DNA of 61,348 bases, counting the filler, from Theionarchaea archaeon (GTDB lineage Archaea; Methanobacteriota_B; Thermococci; Methanofastidiosales; SZ-28-30), in the NCBI GenBank assembly GCA_018992565.1. It is 3 parts of 3 records of this genome, joined end to end, with 100 filler letters (N's around TTAATTAATTAA, not from the genome) between each part and the next. Parts side by side here need not be neighbours in the genome. Positions count along the whole stretch, not along the records: positions 21,082 to 41,194 come from JACVGW010000051.1; 2 more parts are not named here. One strand, given 5' to 3'. Below are positions 21,082-30,981 of this stretch, one piece after another. The position numbers and the translations under genes are program-made. The notes under the pieces were generated by a model. The model saw only the letters and a list, made by a program, of their open reading frames with translations, did no database searches and had not been told where the DNA came from. Positions within the stretch are counted from its first letter, which is position 1. Each line of letters begins with the position of its first letter.

Positions 21082-22067
21082 GGTGTTGTTTCCATGACAC
21101 CTGTCTTCATGGTGAAAGGACAGACTGCTATGCAGGTGGCACAATCTCCCCCGTTTTCACACCAGTACGCATAGCATTTCTCAGCATTGACAGGCCACTT
21201 AAGAACCCCTGGATTATTAGACCTACACACAGGTTCAAAGGTGGGCTCCTCTTCAACGGAAATAGCTTCCACTTCGCAGGCTTCCGCACATTTCCTGCAG
21301 GTCCTGCAAAACTGCTGAACTCCCAGATCAAGAGGTTCATCACATGCCAAATCCATGTCAGTGAATATCTTGCAGATACGTACCCTGGAGCCCAGCTGGG
21401 GAGTAATAAGCAATCCATGCCTTCCCAGTTCTCCCAACCCGGAATCCACAGCCAGTGGGATACTGAGGGCTGTATCATTGCCCATTTGAATTGCTTTATA
21501 TCCCAGGTTTCTCACAAATTCACCCATACAGGCGATCAAGAAGGCCATTCTGGAATAGGTTAACCCAACCACAGCGGACGATGTCAGAGCAGGACTGGTC
21601 CCAATACCCAGAGGGTCCATTTCAATAGCCATCACCACAGCATGAGTCATACCATCAGGTATCTGTATGGGAGTCCCTTCTCGATCGTGAGAGTACACCC
21701 AGCGGTGGTCGATTCTGGTTACTCCCACGAGAGAGGCGCCATAGAATCGGGCTGCTTTCTTCACCACAGCAGTCAGAGGTTCTGACCCTGGATCATAGTG
21801 TCCCATTTCATGAACCTCCGGTTTTGCATCAGGAGGGAGGAGACGTTCCCAGGAGAAAGCTCCCGCATACGTTTCATATACTGTCCATGCTGCCTCATAT
21901 AATGCGACATCTACCTGCGAATATCCTGGCTTTCCCTCTTTGATAATTTCTGGAATATGTTCCTCCAGGGTGTGTCCGTAACACGAACACTGGGGATCTG
22001 ATAAGGCACGTGCAAAGATCATATTCCTTCCGTCGAAGCGTGAATACTGGGAGCCTACTGTATACAT
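21082..22067 (-). CDS. Reductive dehalogenase-like (RdhA/QueG family) cobalamin/2x4Fe-4S protein, 3' end in gap
   Basis: KKAARFYGASLVGV, IPLAVDSGLGELGRHGLLITP, FCRTCRKCAEAC, CATCIAVCPF. Confidence 0.82.
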
Positions 22068-22181
22068 AGAGATGGTCTTTGATTCTCCGTTAAAAAGGTT
22101 CTGCACCAGAGGTCCCTCTGGTTACTCACGGCGCGGAGAAAAGGTTAAAAGCACAGACCTCTTCATGTTACCAGTGATACC

Positions 22182-22496
22182 ATGATTGTAGTGAATACTG
22201 AAACAATTCCCGGCAGAGAAATTGCTGAAGTGCTTGGGTTGGTTCGAGGAAACACCATCAGAGCCAAGCACCTAGGAAAAGATATCATGGCAGGGCTCCG
22301 AAACATTGTAGGAGGAGAACTCCTGGAATACACTGAGATGATTTCTGAATCTCGGGAAGAAGCACTAAACAGGATGATCACAGAGGCTGAGAAACTGAAG
22401 GCTGATGCTATAGTCAATGTCCGATTCACCACCTCACAGGTGGCCTCTTCTGCTGCAGAGATTCTGGCTTACGGTACTGCTGTCAGGTTGAAATAA
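22182..22496 (+). CDS. YbjQ/UPF0145 family protein
   Basis: LGLVRG, GGEL, ADAIVNVRF, AYGTAV. Confidence 0.93.
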   Translation: MIVVNTETIPGREIAEVLGLVRGNTIRAKHLGKDIMAGLRNIVGGELLEYTEMISESREEALNRMITEAEKLKADAIVNVRFTTSQVASSAAEILAYGTAVRLK

Positions 22497-22514
22497 CCGC
22501 GGAGAGGTGGGTTA

Positions 22515-22763
22515 ATGAACATTTTCGGAAAGGCAGGATTCGCTTTGGTTGTGCTGGGCGGGTTGATCTTCGCTGGGCTTATTATATATGGGATTGTAGA
22601 GGTGCTTTTTCAGTTTTTCGTTCAGGGACCCCTCCCTCTTTCTGCCAAACTTGTACTAGTCGGGATTACTGCATTTGTCCTGGGAATCATTCTCATGCTC
22701 CTGTCTGCTGCATATGATCGGTATAGAACTGTGAAAACAGAAGAAGTCCACGAAAAAGTCTGA
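22515..22763 (+). CDS. Small two-helix membrane protein
   Basis: Two hydrophobic segments; GAGGTGG RBS; follows ybjQ. Confidence 0.7.
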   Translation: MNIFGKAGFALVVLGGLIFAGLIIYGIVEVLFQFFVQGPLPLSAKLVLVGITAFVLGIILMLLSAAYDRYRTVKTEEVHEKV

Positions 22764-22887
22764 TCATCACCTTTTGGCCTTTGGGCCTCTTTCTTCATTT
22801 TATTGTCACTGCTTGATTCTCTATTTCCTTCCTTATAGTGCCTTATCCATGATGGTCAGTTTTCTTCCCTCTTCTGTTTCTATTGCC

Positions 22888-22924
22888 ACCGAAAGCTTTA
22901 TATGCTATCGATTATCAATAATGT
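22888..22924 (+). promoter_or_regulatory. BRE/TATA plus conserved downstream box (copy 1 of 3)
   Basis: ACCGAAAGCTTTATATGCTATCGATTATCAATAATGT; 31/37 identical to 46531-46567. Confidence 0.75.
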
Positions 22925-22967
22925 ATAGAGATAATGGCATCAAGCCTAACTTCAAGGAGGTTACATT

Positions 22968-25430
22968 ATGAAGAAAAACCAGACGAACCACAAGAGAGTA
23001 ACCTACTCGCTTTCATTGATAGCACTACTCCTGGTTTCAGGAGTCACGGTGGCATCAGAGTCCGAACTGGATGATCTGCCAGCACTCGTACTGCTGGACG
23101 GAGAAGGCCAAGAGATTCACGCTGTCTGTGATATGATCAGGGATCTTGACGGGGAAGTCATGCATGTATTTCCACCGGAGGTCATTATCGGGAAGTTCTC
23201 TGTGGAGGCAGAAGAGACATTGATTGAAGATTCCAGTATTTCTGTGTACAGAGGGCCAGTAGATATTGAAGATAAGGAGTGGCCCGAGAGTGTGCTGTAT
23301 CCAGTGATTGCATGGAACTACAACTACATGGGATTGTCAGTGGACGCAGGGTTAAATGAGCCCCCCTTGTCTCCAGAACCTCCTCCAGATGATTGTGAAC
23401 TCCTTCCTGACGTTTCATCCTATCTTATGCCCTCTCAGTATGAAGGTGCACTTCCCTATGGAGCAGGATTTCAGGACACCTCAGCGTATATGGTAGGAAC
23501 AGTGGCTGTCAGTGTCTTGTTCCTGGAGAGCAATGGGACAATTGACGAGGAGACAGAGACGTGGACAGAAGAGGAGAAAGTCAACGTGGTCTCAGAGATC
23601 CAGAATGGATTGAACTGGCTGCTCATGCAGGAACCTGCAGCTCATGTGTCTTTTGTGTATGAGTGGCATTTCAATGTACCTGTGGGTTATGAACCAATAA
23701 CGAGACCCCACACTGATGATGACTTGTGGGAAGAGCAGGCCATGCACCACCTGGGATATGGAAGCCCATACTATCTGGTCAATGAGTACACATACCTCAA
23801 TGATCTGCGGAACACGTATGAATCAGACTGGGCATTCATCATTTTCGTGGTGGATGATTCAGAAGATGAAGACAATGCGTTTGCAGATGGATACTTTGCC
23901 TACTCCTTCCTGGGTGGGCCCCGCATGGTTGTCACGTATTCCAACTCCATCTGGGGTATTGCCAACCTGGACTCGGTAGTAGCACATGAGACCTGTCATC
24001 TCTTCTGGGCTTTAGACCAGACATGTGCAAGCGAGGTAGAACAAAGTGAACAATCAGGGTATCTTGCTGGAGAAACTACGAACTCGGAGTGGAATGGTAC
24101 AGCCTGTACTTCTACTGCATCTTCTCTCATGAAAGGAGAACGGATGCTTGACACGCAGATCGAAGTCAGCGCCAGAAAACAACTGGGCTGGAGTGATAGC
24201 GATTCCGATGGAATCCTGGATGTCCTGGATACAGTGCCAACTGTCACACTGATCCAACAGGATGCATCCTGGACAGGGACAGCCAAAGAATCTCCACTGC
24301 CTAACCAGAATCCTTTTGCAGCAGAGAACAGTATCAGCCTGAACACCATTACTGATGTCCAGTACAGAGTTGATCAGGGAGAGTGGGTATCAGCTACTCC
24401 ACAAGACAGCAGCTTTGACGAACCTGAAGAGGCTTTCACTCTTGATTTCATTGTAACTGATCTGGCTGAAGGAGATCACACAGTAGAAATCAAGGCTCAA
24501 AACACTGTGGGAAATTGGAGTCACACAGAGTCGGTGACCTTTACCATTGAAGAACCAGACGATGATGAGCAACCAGTGGGTGACAGCCAGACAGACGATG
24601 GAATAGGTGATACAGAGTCCTCCGAAGACGATGATCAGCCCCTTCAGTGTGAAATCTCAACGAACCTATCAGAAGCTGAACCTGAGGATACGATAACAGT
24701 CACCATGACCGTGACAAACACGGGTGAATCGTGTGCTGAATCAGTGGTACCAACACTTGTAGCTCCCGATGCTGTGACGTTGGTCTCTGGCCCAGAGCCT
24801 GAAACTCTAGCTATTCCCGGAGGAGAGTCAGCAACCTTTGTCTGGGAATANNNNNNNNNNNNNNNNNNNNNNNNNNNNNNNNNNNNNNNNNNNNNNNNNN
24901 NNNNNNNNNNNNNNNNNNNNNNNNNNNNNNNNNNNNNNNNNNNNNNNNNNGCACAGGGCGTGGATTCCAGCACAGGCGATGTTCTGACTGTTCCTGAACA
25001 GAAATCCAACACGCTGACTATTACTGAGGCACAACAGAGCTCAGACGACCAGGACCAGAGTGATCAAGATCAAGACCAGGACCAGAGTGATCAAGACCAG
25101 GACCAGAGTGATCAAGATCAAGACCAGGACCAGAGTGATCAAGACCAGGATTCTCAGTCAGAGTCACCCATCAGTTCCGAATGCACCAAGGTAGAGAGGA
25201 CTATCCAGAAGGTCAAGGATCTACTGAAAGAAGCCAGAACAGAGCTTGAAGAGAAGAAGAAGCAGAACTGGGATGTGAGGCTCTGTGAGAAAATCCTCAG
25301 AGAAGCAGAGATGTACGCAGACCAAGCAGAACTGTACTTCAAAATGGGGAAGTGCAAGGAAGCATCTACCAAAGCAATACAGGCCCTAATGAAAGTTTAT
25401 GAGGTTCTCAGCTGCTTAAATGGACTATAA
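22968..25430 (+). CDS. Secreted multidomain zinc-metallopeptidase-like protein (interrupted by N gap)
   Basis: Signal peptide, AHETCHLFWALD (HExxH), Ig-like domains, DQ-rich linker and helical C-terminal domain. Continuity across 24851-24950 is assumed. Confidence 0.72.
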   Translation: MKKNQTNHKRVTYSLSLIALLLVSGVTVASESELDDLPALVLLDGEGQEIHAVCDMIRDLDGEVMHVFPPEVIIGKFSVEAEETLIEDSSISVYRGPVDIEDKEWPESVLYPVIAWNYNYMGLSVDAGLNEPPLSPEPPPDDCELLPDVSSYLMPSQYEGALPYGAGFQDTSAYMVGTVAVSVLFLESNGTIDEETETWTEEEKVNVVSEIQNGLNWLLMQEPAAHVSFVYEWHFNVPVGYEPITRPHTDDDLWEEQAMHHLGYGSPYYLVNEYTYLNDLRNTYESDWAFIIFVVDDSEDEDNAFADGYFAYSFLGGPRMVVTYSNSIWGIANLDSVVAHETCHLFWALDQTCASEVEQSEQSGYLAGETTNSEWNGTACTSTASSLMKGERMLDTQIEVSARKQLGWSDSDSDGILDVLDTVPTVTLIQQDASWTGTAKESPLPNQNPFAAENSISLNTITDVQYRVDQGEWVSATPQDSSFDEPEEAFTLDFIVTDLAEGDHTVEIKAQNTVGNWSHTESVTFTIEEPDDDEQPVGDSQTDDGIGDTESSEDDDQPLQCEISTNLSEAEPEDTITVTMTVTNTGESCAESVVPTLVAPDAVTLVSGPEPETLAIPGGESATFVWEXXXXXXXXXXXXXXXXXXXXXXXXXXXXXXXXXXAQGVDSSTGDVLTVPEQKSNTLTITEAQQSSDDQDQSDQDQDQDQSDQDQDQSDQDQDQDQSDQDQDSQSESPISSECTKVERTIQKVKDLLKEARTELEEKKKQNWDVRLCEKILREAEMYADQAELYFKMGKCKEASTKAIQALMKVYEVLSCLNGL
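25047..25148 (+). repeat. In-frame tandem repeat encoding an SDQ(DQ)n linker
   Basis: Alternating 27- and 21-bp units GACCAGGACCAGAGTGATCAA(GATCAA), i.e. a 48-bp unit twice. Confidence 0.9.
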
Positions 25431-25432
25431 GT

Positions 25433-25475
25433 AGCTTCTTTTCCTTTTAATTTTCTTTTCATCACTTTTTTTAAC
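25433..25475 (+). terminator. Oligo(T) terminator tract
   Basis: Several T5-T7 runs directly after the stop codon. Confidence 0.55.
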
Positions 25476-25658
25476 TTGAATTTCTTCTCTCTTCTATGAG
25501 AACGCCAGTTTCACCTGCCACAATGCAGGCCATCATTCTGAAACTCGGTGGATAATTTAGTCTTTCCTTAGGGTGATTCAGAGAAAGAAAGAGAGGTCCC
25601 TCAGGGTTCCTGGCCAAGGTCAAAGGGTTTATAAGGATATGGAAAGAAAAATCCAGGC

Positions 25659-26372
25659 ATGAACAGCAATGTCATTGAGGTGTGCGGTCTCTCAAAATCC
25701 TATGGTGCTATCAAGGCTGTCCAGAACCTTACTCTTGCTGTGAAAAAGGGGGAATTTTTTGGATTCTTGGGACCGAACGGAGCAGGAAAGACTACCACCA
25801 TAAAGATGCTTACAGGACAGGTGCAACCTGATTCGGGAGAGGCTCATGTCCTGGGGATTGATGTTACCCATCATATTGAAGTGAAGAAAGCAGTAGGGAT
25901 AGTCCCTGAGGTGGTCATGCTTCCCAGTTTCCTCACCGTTACAGAGTACCTGGAATTCGTGTGCAGTGTGAGACAGGTTGATGAGAGCCAGGCCGCTTTC
26001 TGGCTGGATTTTGTGGAACTCAATGAGAGCGAGAACGTGTTATGCAAGGACTTGAGTCAGGGAATGAAGCAGAAACTCTCATTTGCGGCAGCATTTATTC
26101 ACAGCCCGCTGCTGGCATTTTTGGATGAACCCTTTGCTGATGTTGATCCTCTGATGCAGAAGAAGTTGAGGACATTTCTCAATGAATATGTAGGAGGGGG
26201 AGGAACAGTCTTCTTGTCCACACATATACTGGAAATGGCAGAAAAACTGTGCTCGAGAATTGCTGTTCTCTCAAAGGGGACAGTACTCACATCTGGAACT
26301 CTTCACGAGTTACTGCACGAAGGTTCCACATTGGAAGATGTATTCTTCAACCTGGTGAGGACTCATGGTTGA
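25659..26372 (+). CDS. ABC transporter ATP-binding protein
   Basis: GPNGAGKTT, LSQGMKQK, LDEP, LSTH. Confidence 0.95.
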   Translation: MNSNVIEVCGLSKSYGAIKAVQNLTLAVKKGEFFGFLGPNGAGKTTTIKMLTGQVQPDSGEAHVLGIDVTHHIEVKKAVGIVPEVVMLPSFLTVTEYLEFVCSVRQVDESQAAFWLDFVELNESENVLCKDLSQGMKQKLSFAAAFIHSPLLAFLDEPFADVDPLMQKKLRTFLNEYVGGGGTVFLSTHILEMAEKLCSRIAVLSKGTVLTSGTLHELLHEGSTLEDVFFNLVRTHG

Positions 26373-27732
26373 ATCTCTGTTATCTCTCAATTTGAAAGAA
26401 GAATGGCGGATGCTTACCAGTTACTTCAGTTCAAGGAACTTGTTTTTCGCTTTTCCTGCAGTTCTGGTGGTTATTGGGGTTCTCATGGGACGGCTGCTCC
26501 CCCTGTTCAGAGAAGCTTTTGAGATGTCTGAACTGGTGGTGGCTTTTCATCTCCTCATGGCCGTGTACGGGCTCTTTGTAGGTGCCTTTGGGTTCTTTGC
26601 AGATGAAGTGGCTAATACCTGGTTTAAGGATGGTCATTTGTTGATTCACATGCATACGATTTTACCCATATCATTCCGGAAGCTTTTAGCCTGGTTTTAC
26701 ATAAAAGATATTGTTTACTATCTCTTCCTGACTATTATACCTTTGTTCCTGGGGCTATTCCTGTCATTCAGTGTTTCTTTGGGTGTATTCGCCCGCCTCT
26801 TTGGTTCATCGCTTCTTTCTTTCCTGGTCGGGGTTTCAGTGAGTTTTCTTGTTTCGTCCTTATATGTGCGCAGCAGACTTTCTCTTGCCGGCATTCTTGT
26901 TGCAGGAGCACTGATAGCTGGAACAGGAGCTATAGAGGAGTTTCCTCCACTGGTTTCCTTCGTCTCCAGAGACTGGGGTGCAGCCCTCTTGTCAGCGGGA
27001 ATTTTTATAGTTCTGTCTGCACTGTCCCTGGTCATTACCAAACCCGTGCAGAGGGCAAGAAGGAAGTCCTTCGCCAAGACTGACTTGTTTCACCAGATGA
27101 ATCCTGTCCTGGCAAAAGAGATCATTGATGTCAGGAGGAGTGGTACCTGGCAGATTATTGCTACATCCTACTTATTCCCCCTGGTTTTCATGTACGGAAT
27201 CTTCTATTTCTCAGGGCGATTGTTCCAATTTCATATTGATATTCCCCTGGTATTCTACGCGGGATTCATAGGGTATTTGAGTACTCTGGTGTACAGCTGG
27301 CTGAACAACATTGATCCTCCTTCATCCTTCAGTACGTTCCCTATTACGGCTTCTACTGTGATCAAGAAGAAGATTACACTGTTTCTGCTGTTCTCCTTCA
27401 GTGTCGCAACAGTATATCTGGTTGTCCTTGGGTACATACTGGATGCATTGTCTCTTGTGCCGCTATCTCTTGTGATCATGAGCTCCACGTCATTCTATGT
27501 TGCAGCAGTCACGGCGTGGCTGTGTGGGCTGTATCCCAATACAAGGCTCTTTGATGGGGCTGTTCTCGCCAGGTACCTGGTTTTGATCCTTCCTGTACTC
27601 CTGGTGATGAGTATCCTCTCATTAATGGGACGTTCCTTGTGGTTGCTGGCCATTTCAGGTGTCACACTGGTGGCTGCAGTATTACTGTATGAACGGCTGG
27701 ATATGAAATATGAGAACGATCCATTGGGGTAG
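26365..27732 (+). CDS. ABC-type exporter permease
   Basis: About 12 hydrophobic segments in two halves; overlaps the ABC ATPase gene. Confidence 0.8.
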   Translation: MVESLLSLNLKEEWRMLTSYFSSRNLFFAFPAVLVVIGVLMGRLLPLFREAFEMSELVVAFHLLMAVYGLFVGAFGFFADEVANTWFKDGHLLIHMHTILPISFRKLLAWFYIKDIVYYLFLTIIPLFLGLFLSFSVSLGVFARLFGSSLLSFLVGVSVSFLVSSLYVRSRLSLAGILVAGALIAGTGAIEEFPPLVSFVSRDWGAALLSAGIFIVLSALSLVITKPVQRARRKSFAKTDLFHQMNPVLAKEIIDVRRSGTWQIIATSYLFPLVFMYGIFYFSGRLFQFHIDIPLVFYAGFIGYLSTLVYSWLNNIDPPSSFSTFPITASTVIKKKITLFLLFSFSVATVYLVVLGYILDALSLVPLSLVIMSSTSFYVAAVTAWLCGLYPNTRLFDGAVLARYLVLILPVLLVMSILSLMGRSLWLLAISGVTLVAAVLLYERLDMKYENDPLG

Positions 27733-27847
27733 TATTGACGTGCTCGGGCTCTGTAGCGTACCTGCCTCTAGAGTGGTGGTATGGTCTCTCATTAGGACTG
27801 GACCGGGGCAGGCAAAGATTCTTAAATGGGCGGGTTAACGTTCTGGT

Positions 27848-28999
27848 GTGAAAAAGAACTACTTCTTATTGCTCAGTGTCATTGGTGCATGTGCAATCTT
27901 CTCTTCTACCATGTCCAAGAACCCAGTCCTGCCTTTATTTGCAGATTTTCTGGGAGCATCAAAAGAATACATAGGTATTATTTCGGCAGCTTCCACCATT
28001 CCTGGCATCTTGATCAGTATGCCTGCGGGAATCCTTTCTGATATATATGGAAGGAGACGTATGCTCTATGTTGCCCTCTTTGTCTTTGCTTCTGCACCCT
28101 TCATGTATCTCCTGGTGAGTGAGCTGTGGCAACTGGCTGTGATACGGTTCTATCATGGAATAGCCACAGCGATTTTCGGTCCTGTAGCCATGGCAGCAGT
28201 TGCTGAACGATACAGTGGGGAACGAGCTGCCCGCCTGGGGCTCTTCTCTTCTGCCACCATGGTGGGGAGGATGATGGCTCCTGCTATTGGTGGATTCCTG
28301 CTCACTTTTGGGAGCTTCTCCAGCGTTTACATAGCCTGTGCTGCCGGGGGATTGATTGCTCTCATACTGGGCACCTTCCTGGAAGATACCCCCTCCCATG
28401 CTCCCCAGACCGTACAGAAGGACTACAGGGCTGTCCTGGCAAATAAACACATTATGATGACTACAACTGTTGAGGCATGCCAGTACTTCACATTCGGAGG
28501 GCTTGAAACGTTTCTCCCCCTGTTTGCCCTCTCGGTTGGAGTTGCTCCCTCTTACATCGGAATCATTTTCACCTTTCAGCTGATAGTCACCCTGCTCACC
28601 AAACCGGTAATGGGAAAGCTTTCTGACTCTGTGGGCAGAATTCCGTCCATCAGCCTGGGCATACTCCTGGGGGCCATTTCCCTGCTTCTCCTTCCGTATG
28701 GCCACCACTGGCTGGTCCTGGGAGCCATAACTTCAGTATATGGTCTCGGCCTGGCTACTGTCACTGCTTCCACCTCAGCATTGGTTTCAGATCTGTCACA
28801 GGGTGCATATGGATCTGCTCTCGGCATTCTCAGTATGATTATGGATGTGGGACAGGCTTCAGGTCCGATTATCACCGGGATTCTCATAGCAGTGCTGAGC
28901 TATAGGGCAGCTTTCACCAGTCTAGCCTGTTTGCTCATAGGTATCGGGCTCTTCTTCATTATAGTTCTCGGGAGAAAAGGACAGACGCAGGAGCGTTAG
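27848..28999 (+). CDS. MFS transporter
   Basis: GILSDIYGRR and GKLSDSVGR motif A repeats; about 12 TM segments. Confidence 0.93.
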   Translation: MKKNYFLLLSVIGACAIFSSTMSKNPVLPLFADFLGASKEYIGIISAASTIPGILISMPAGILSDIYGRRRMLYVALFVFASAPFMYLLVSELWQLAVIRFYHGIATAIFGPVAMAAVAERYSGERAARLGLFSSATMVGRMMAPAIGGFLLTFGSFSSVYIACAAGGLIALILGTFLEDTPSHAPQTVQKDYRAVLANKHIMMTTTVEACQYFTFGGLETFLPLFALSVGVAPSYIGIIFTFQLIVTLLTKPVMGKLSDSVGRIPSISLGILLGAISLLLLPYGHHWLVLGAITSVYGLGLATVTASTSALVSDLSQGAYGSALGILSMIMDVGQASGPIITGILIAVLSYRAAFTSLACLLIGIGLFFIIVLGRKGQTQER

Positions 29000-29030
29000 C
29001 TTTATAAATTCGGCTTCAGTTCTCACATGG

Positions 29031-29669
29031 ATGCATAAAGGAGACTTTGTCACTCTTGACTACACTGCCAGAATAAAAGAGACACATCAGGTAGTGGATA
29101 CAACATCAAAAGAAGTGGCAGAAACGGAAGGCATTCACACCCCAAATGCGTCATATGGTCCAGTCACTATTATCCTGGGGGAAGGTCATGTCATCCCCGG
29201 GCTGGAGGAAGCGCTTCTGAACATGGAAGTTGGGGAAGAGCGAGAAGTGGACATCCCCCCTGAACAGGCTTTTGGCAAGAGAAATCGCTCTTTAATAACC
29301 ACTGTTCCTCTCAGAGAGTTTAGAAGGCATGGAGTGACACCGCAAGCAGGTATGCGCATAGAAATTAACGAGAAGTGGGCAACTGTGAGAAGTGTCTCCT
29401 CAGGAAGAGTATCCCTGGATTTCAACCATCCCTTGTCAGGGAAAATACTCACCTACACTGTCGAACTTCTCAAGAGAGTGGAGGACACAGGAGAACAGAT
29501 TGAGGCAATCATCAAGCTTCTCGGTATAAGGGGAAGAGTGGTTGCAGATGGAGAAGTCTATTCAATTAAACTTGACAGTGCTTCCAGAGGAAAAGAGTAC
29601 AACCAAGAGGAGCTGGTGAAGCAGAAAGTTGAAAAGTACGCACCTCAAGCCCACATTGCCTTTTCATAG
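29031..29669 (+). CDS. FKBP-type peptidyl-prolyl isomerase (SlyD-like, long archaeal type)
   Basis: GDFVTLDYT, IPGLEEAL, PPEQAFG, DFNHPLSG. Confidence 0.92.
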   Translation: MHKGDFVTLDYTARIKETHQVVDTTSKEVAETEGIHTPNASYGPVTIILGEGHVIPGLEEALLNMEVGEEREVDIPPEQAFGKRNRSLITTVPLREFRRHGVTPQAGMRIEINEKWATVRSVSSGRVSLDFNHPLSGKILTYTVELLKRVEDTGEQIEAIIKLLGIRGRVVADGEVYSIKLDSASRGKEYNQEELVKQKVEKYAPQAHIAFS

Positions 29670-30287
29670 CGTGAAATAGAGATCTCTCACTTTTTTCACT
29701 TCATCCTCCGGTAACTCTCCAGGCCTCCCCAATACAGAAGCGAGTATGTGAATGCGGGCGGCGATTTCCGTGATGGCTGCTGCTTTATAGGCCTTTTCGA
29801 GAGTGGTTCCCACAGCCAGAACACCATGGTTCTGCAGCAGACATGCTCTCCTGGTTTTCAGCGCATTCAGAGCTACTTCTCCCAGCTCTTTGGTGCCTGG
29901 TGGTCTGTATGGCGCAACATGTATAGATCCTCCCACGTGTGCTGCCACTTCCACCATCTCTACAGGGATTTCCTGGTTAGCCACGGAGAATGCACTGGCT
30001 GAGAGCGAATGGGTATGTACAATCCCCATGATGTCAGGTCTCTCCCTGTACACTAGTGTGTGCATGGGAGTCTCTGAAGAAGGAATGCGGCCCTTCTGTG
30101 TGGGAGTACCATCAATATCAATAGTCACGATGTCTTTTACAGAGAGCTCTTCATAATCCACACCGCTGGGTGTTATTGCTATCATTCCAGATGCGTCTCT
30201 ACAGGAGACATTCCCCAGAGATGCGATAACCAACCTGGTTGAGTAGATCCGTTTCGATATGGTCAAGACCTGTGTTCGTGTGTCCAT
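29664..30287 (-). CDS. Class II aldolase/adducin family protein (FucA-like)
   Basis: GNVS, ITPSG, PSSETPMH, HTHS, LQNHG. Confidence 0.9.
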   Translation of the reverse strand: MDTRTQVLTISKRIYSTRLVIASLGNVSCRDASGMIAITPSGVDYEELSVKDIVTIDIDGTPTQKGRIPSSETPMHTLVYRERPDIMGIVHTHSLSASAFSVANQEIPVEMVEVAAHVGGSIHVAPYRPPGTKELGEVALNALKTRRACLLQNHGVLAVGTTLEKAYKAAAITEIAARIHILASVLGRPGELPEDEVKKVRDLYFTL

Positions 30288-30459
30288 AGTCTTCCTGTTT
30301 GAGGGTGTATAAGAAGGTGTGGGTACTCTAAGGAGCTCCTCTTGGGGAGTAGATGACACCCTGTCAGGAACTGTAGGTCATGACTGTACGGGTTATTATT
30401 TTTCCTGCGCTCTTGGCAAATTCCTATAATAGGGTAGGAGGAGTACAGAGTGTGATAAC

Positions 30460-30564
30460 ATGTATCAATGTTCAGAGTGTAATTTCACCATAGATGCAGC
30501 ACATCTCTGTCCAGATTGCTATGAGGCCTGCCCTGTATGTGGGGGCGAGATGGAACACAAGTGA
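30460..30564 (+). CDS. 34-aa cysteine-rich metal-binding microprotein
   Basis: MYQCSECNFTIDAAHLCPDCYEACPVCGGEMEHK; three CxxC motifs; GTGA RBS-like sequence and TATAAT upstream. Not in the ORF track. Confidence 0.72.
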   Translation: MYQCSECNFTIDAAHLCPDCYEACPVCGGEMEHK

Positions 30565-30673
30565 CTGTTCCAGGAGTGTGCAGGTCTACTGCCCCGTTTA
30601 CCAGCACAACAGAAGGACTTATAAACGAAGACAGGAAGTAATGACATCTTTCTAGGTTGGTAGAGCTGATCAC

Positions 30674-30889
30674 ATGGAAGAAGTCGGAAAAGTAGTCTCT
30701 CGTTTCAATCGATTCCTGGTATGCAGGGCTGGGAAGAAAGCCAAATTCCTGCTGGGACAGACAGTATATTCAGAGCAGAAAAAACCAGTGGGGATCGTGG
30801 TAGACATTTTTGGACCTGTTGAGAGACCATATCTCAAGGTGTTGAAGAGGAATGGAGAACATGCTACCACTCTCTACAGAAAGGGATAG
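30674..30889 (+). CDS. gar1: H/ACA RNP protein Gar1
   Basis: VGIVVDIFGPVERPY motif; CTTATAAA promoter upstream. Confidence 0.85.
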   Translation: MEEVGKVVSRFNRFLVCRAGKKAKFLLGQTVYSEQKKPVGIVVDIFGPVERPYLKVLKRNGEHATTLYRKG

Positions 30890-30981
30890 TCTGCTTTTCT
30901 TGATGGAGTAGCACTCTCCGCGATGACCTGCATCCATCAAAAGGTATATTAAGGGGAACTGGTTTGTAGGGTAAGGAGAGG

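Noticed and set aside
25047..25148. Regular repeats resembling a CRISPR array
   Set aside because: No unique spacers, in-frame coding repeat, and no cas genes in the window.
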